NCBI RefSeq assembly: GCF_001194135.2
Contig: NC_068982.1
Coordinates: forward strand, 97,887,009-97,951,008
Length of the DNA: 64,000 nucleotides
Source: Octopus bimaculoides
Lineage: Eukaryota
Direction of reading: 5' to 3'
In this document: positions 62,251 to 64,000 of the stretch, piece by piece
How the letters are laid out: each line of letters begins with the position of its first letter
How positions within the stretch are numbered: position 1 is the stretch's first letter
Position numbers and translations under genes: made by a program
The notes under the pieces: model-generated
What the model was told of the DNA's origin: nothing
The model's input: only the letters and a program-made list of their open reading frames with translations
The model's database searches: none

Positions 62251-63971
62251 TCTGTGAGTTTTGTTTATTACGCGTTGCACATGTGTTCGTGGTGAAAATT
62301 GCTGTTTCTTAGTGTTATTATTTATAATAACTGCTGTTTTGTTAAATTGTTGAATTTCGTAGCTGTTGGAGTTTTCATTTGAAAACACTAAGTACTTGTA
62401 AAAAACACGCGTTGTTCATTACCCGTTGGGAGGAGGGGAGAATGTCGTCTAGCGAGAGGCCTACCGTTGGAACAGAAATGTCTGTTTTTCCTGTTGACGC
62501 GTAGAATTGCATGTTGTCTGGTGAGGAGCCAACTACGAGCAAAGAAATAATGCATTCCGCCGTTGCAAAAAAGAATAACAAAATGTATGAGTTATTTGGA
62601 GATGTGTCTGAAAGCTCTTCAGAACTTTCACTAGAAGAATACCCGAGTTTGCCAAAAAAACAAAAGTATTGTGTCCAAAAGAATAATTGATGCACCTAGC
62701 ATTCAAACTGAACAACCTAAAAAAAGGAAAAATAGTTTTGCGTTGGCAGCTGGGGTGGAAACCGGCTGCATTTGACGAATAAGTGTGATTTTATGAAATA
62801 TAGTGAAATGATGCAAATAAAGGATAACATGGTTAAAATACAACCACCGGGGCAATTACTACTAGAAGAAAAGCAGAAAACAATAATATTTAAAACTTAC
62901 TGTTTGCAAAAAAGAAAAAATTGAGAGAATTACAGAAGAGAAGACAGAGAAGTGCCTGAAGCCAATCTGGAGCGACGTAGTTTATCTGACAAGAAGCAGG
63001 AAGTTTGGTATGGTGGAAGTAAGGTTTACCAACAAAGAAATTGCACAAAGACATTCAGCAGAAACGCTGAAAATGGACGACGTGGCGCTCATCCCCACCT
63101 ATATGGGGATGAGAACGTCCAGAATTAAAATCACAAGGGTCCCACCGGAAGTAGATCCTATGTGGTTGGTGGCAGCAGTCCTAATCAAACAGGAAGAGAA
63201 AATTACCCTCCTCCAGGTTGCCGCTACCGAAAACGCTAACTGGACTGGTCAAACAGTTAGTCTCCTCATCCAGGCTGACCCTAAAATAATTGAAGCAATT
63301 CCCAAGACAATTGAGATAGGGGAGGAGACCCTCGTGGTGTTTGTTGAGGGCCGAAAACCCCGATGTTTTTGTGCGGCCAATTAGGCCACATTCGAAGGAA
63401 CTGCAAGGAAAATGAGGAAGAGAAGAAAACAACAAACAAAAGAAAAATACAATCAGTAACTCAACCGAGAGCGGCCACTACTACAGAACAACGACCAAAA
63501 AAGACTGCCAGAAGAGAAAAAGAGGAAAAAGGCATAATAGCCGTATACACTAAAGATACTGAGCTAATAAGAGACATTCAATTAATTAAGACTGCAGAAA
63601 AAAAAATAGATAACCTTTCGGAGAAATATAACATTTATGACGTGTATGAAGTCTCAAATAAAACTCATAGAATTTTACAAAACAAATACCGCAAGACAGT
63701 ATCATCAATGAGATTGGACTTTAATAAGTCTATATTTCATGGATTACCAGCCCCGATCCCGCGAGAAAAGGAAAAGACGGAGACCCCACCTCCACCTGAT
63801 AATTCTGTGTCGGTAATGAGACGGGATTTTAACAAATCTATTTCCCAAGACCTGCCACCTCCGACCCTGTATCAAGAAAAGGTCGGAGCGTGGCCTGATC
63901 ATCGCTTCATTTGTATTGTCCCTGTATTGTTAATTTCATTCGATTTTTTATATATTTCATTTAATTTTTAA
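62251..63971 (+). mobile_element. L1/Tx1-like LINE 5' UTR and decayed ORF1 (gag-like, CCHC zinc knuckle)
   Basis: ATG at 62442 with premature stops; RRM-like stretch MVEVRFTNKEIAQR...TYMGMRTSRIKITRVPPEV; EGRKPRCF[-1 nt]LCGQLGHIRRNC (CX2CX4HX4C) at 63364-63406; basic and Pro-rich tail. Confidence 0.8.
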
Positions 63972-64000
63972 AAGTCATATTTTATGTAAAATCATATCGA

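Overview
AT-rich, microsatellite-dense eukaryotic scaffold with about 15 N-gaps. The SINE families and repeat density suggest a cephalopod, most likely Octopus (inference). Most of the window is intronic or intergenic repeat. It holds at least four tRNA-headed SINE families (my labels A-D), several mariner, maT and hAT relics, R4/Dong-like, RTE-like and L1/Tx1-like LINE fragments, and two Penelope GIY-YIG fragments. One host gene is supportable on the + strand: a WD40-repeat protein with an internal exon at 11679-11863 (TIRIWNCHNGQCNRT...) and a terminal exon at 40712-40838 (...ILFDDRRIMKTSKNVIVIYDFNTN*, followed by AATAAA). The ORF track reports neither exon, and the intermediate exons are unresolved. 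The most notable structures are a decayed genomic duplicate of the WD40 exon 1.7 kb upstream; a Penelope-associated cluster at 34.1-36.3 kb with hammerhead-ribozyme-like motifs, order-swapped inverted duplications and a locally templated insertion; a cluster of fold-back elements in the intron at 21.9-26.3 kb; a twin motif with fixed spacing at 24.1 and 26.7 kb; and an intact orphan ORF of about 245 codons at 48.1-48.9 kb. No prokaryotic features or CRISPR are present. I cannot support a wholly new biological system. The findings below are candidates.
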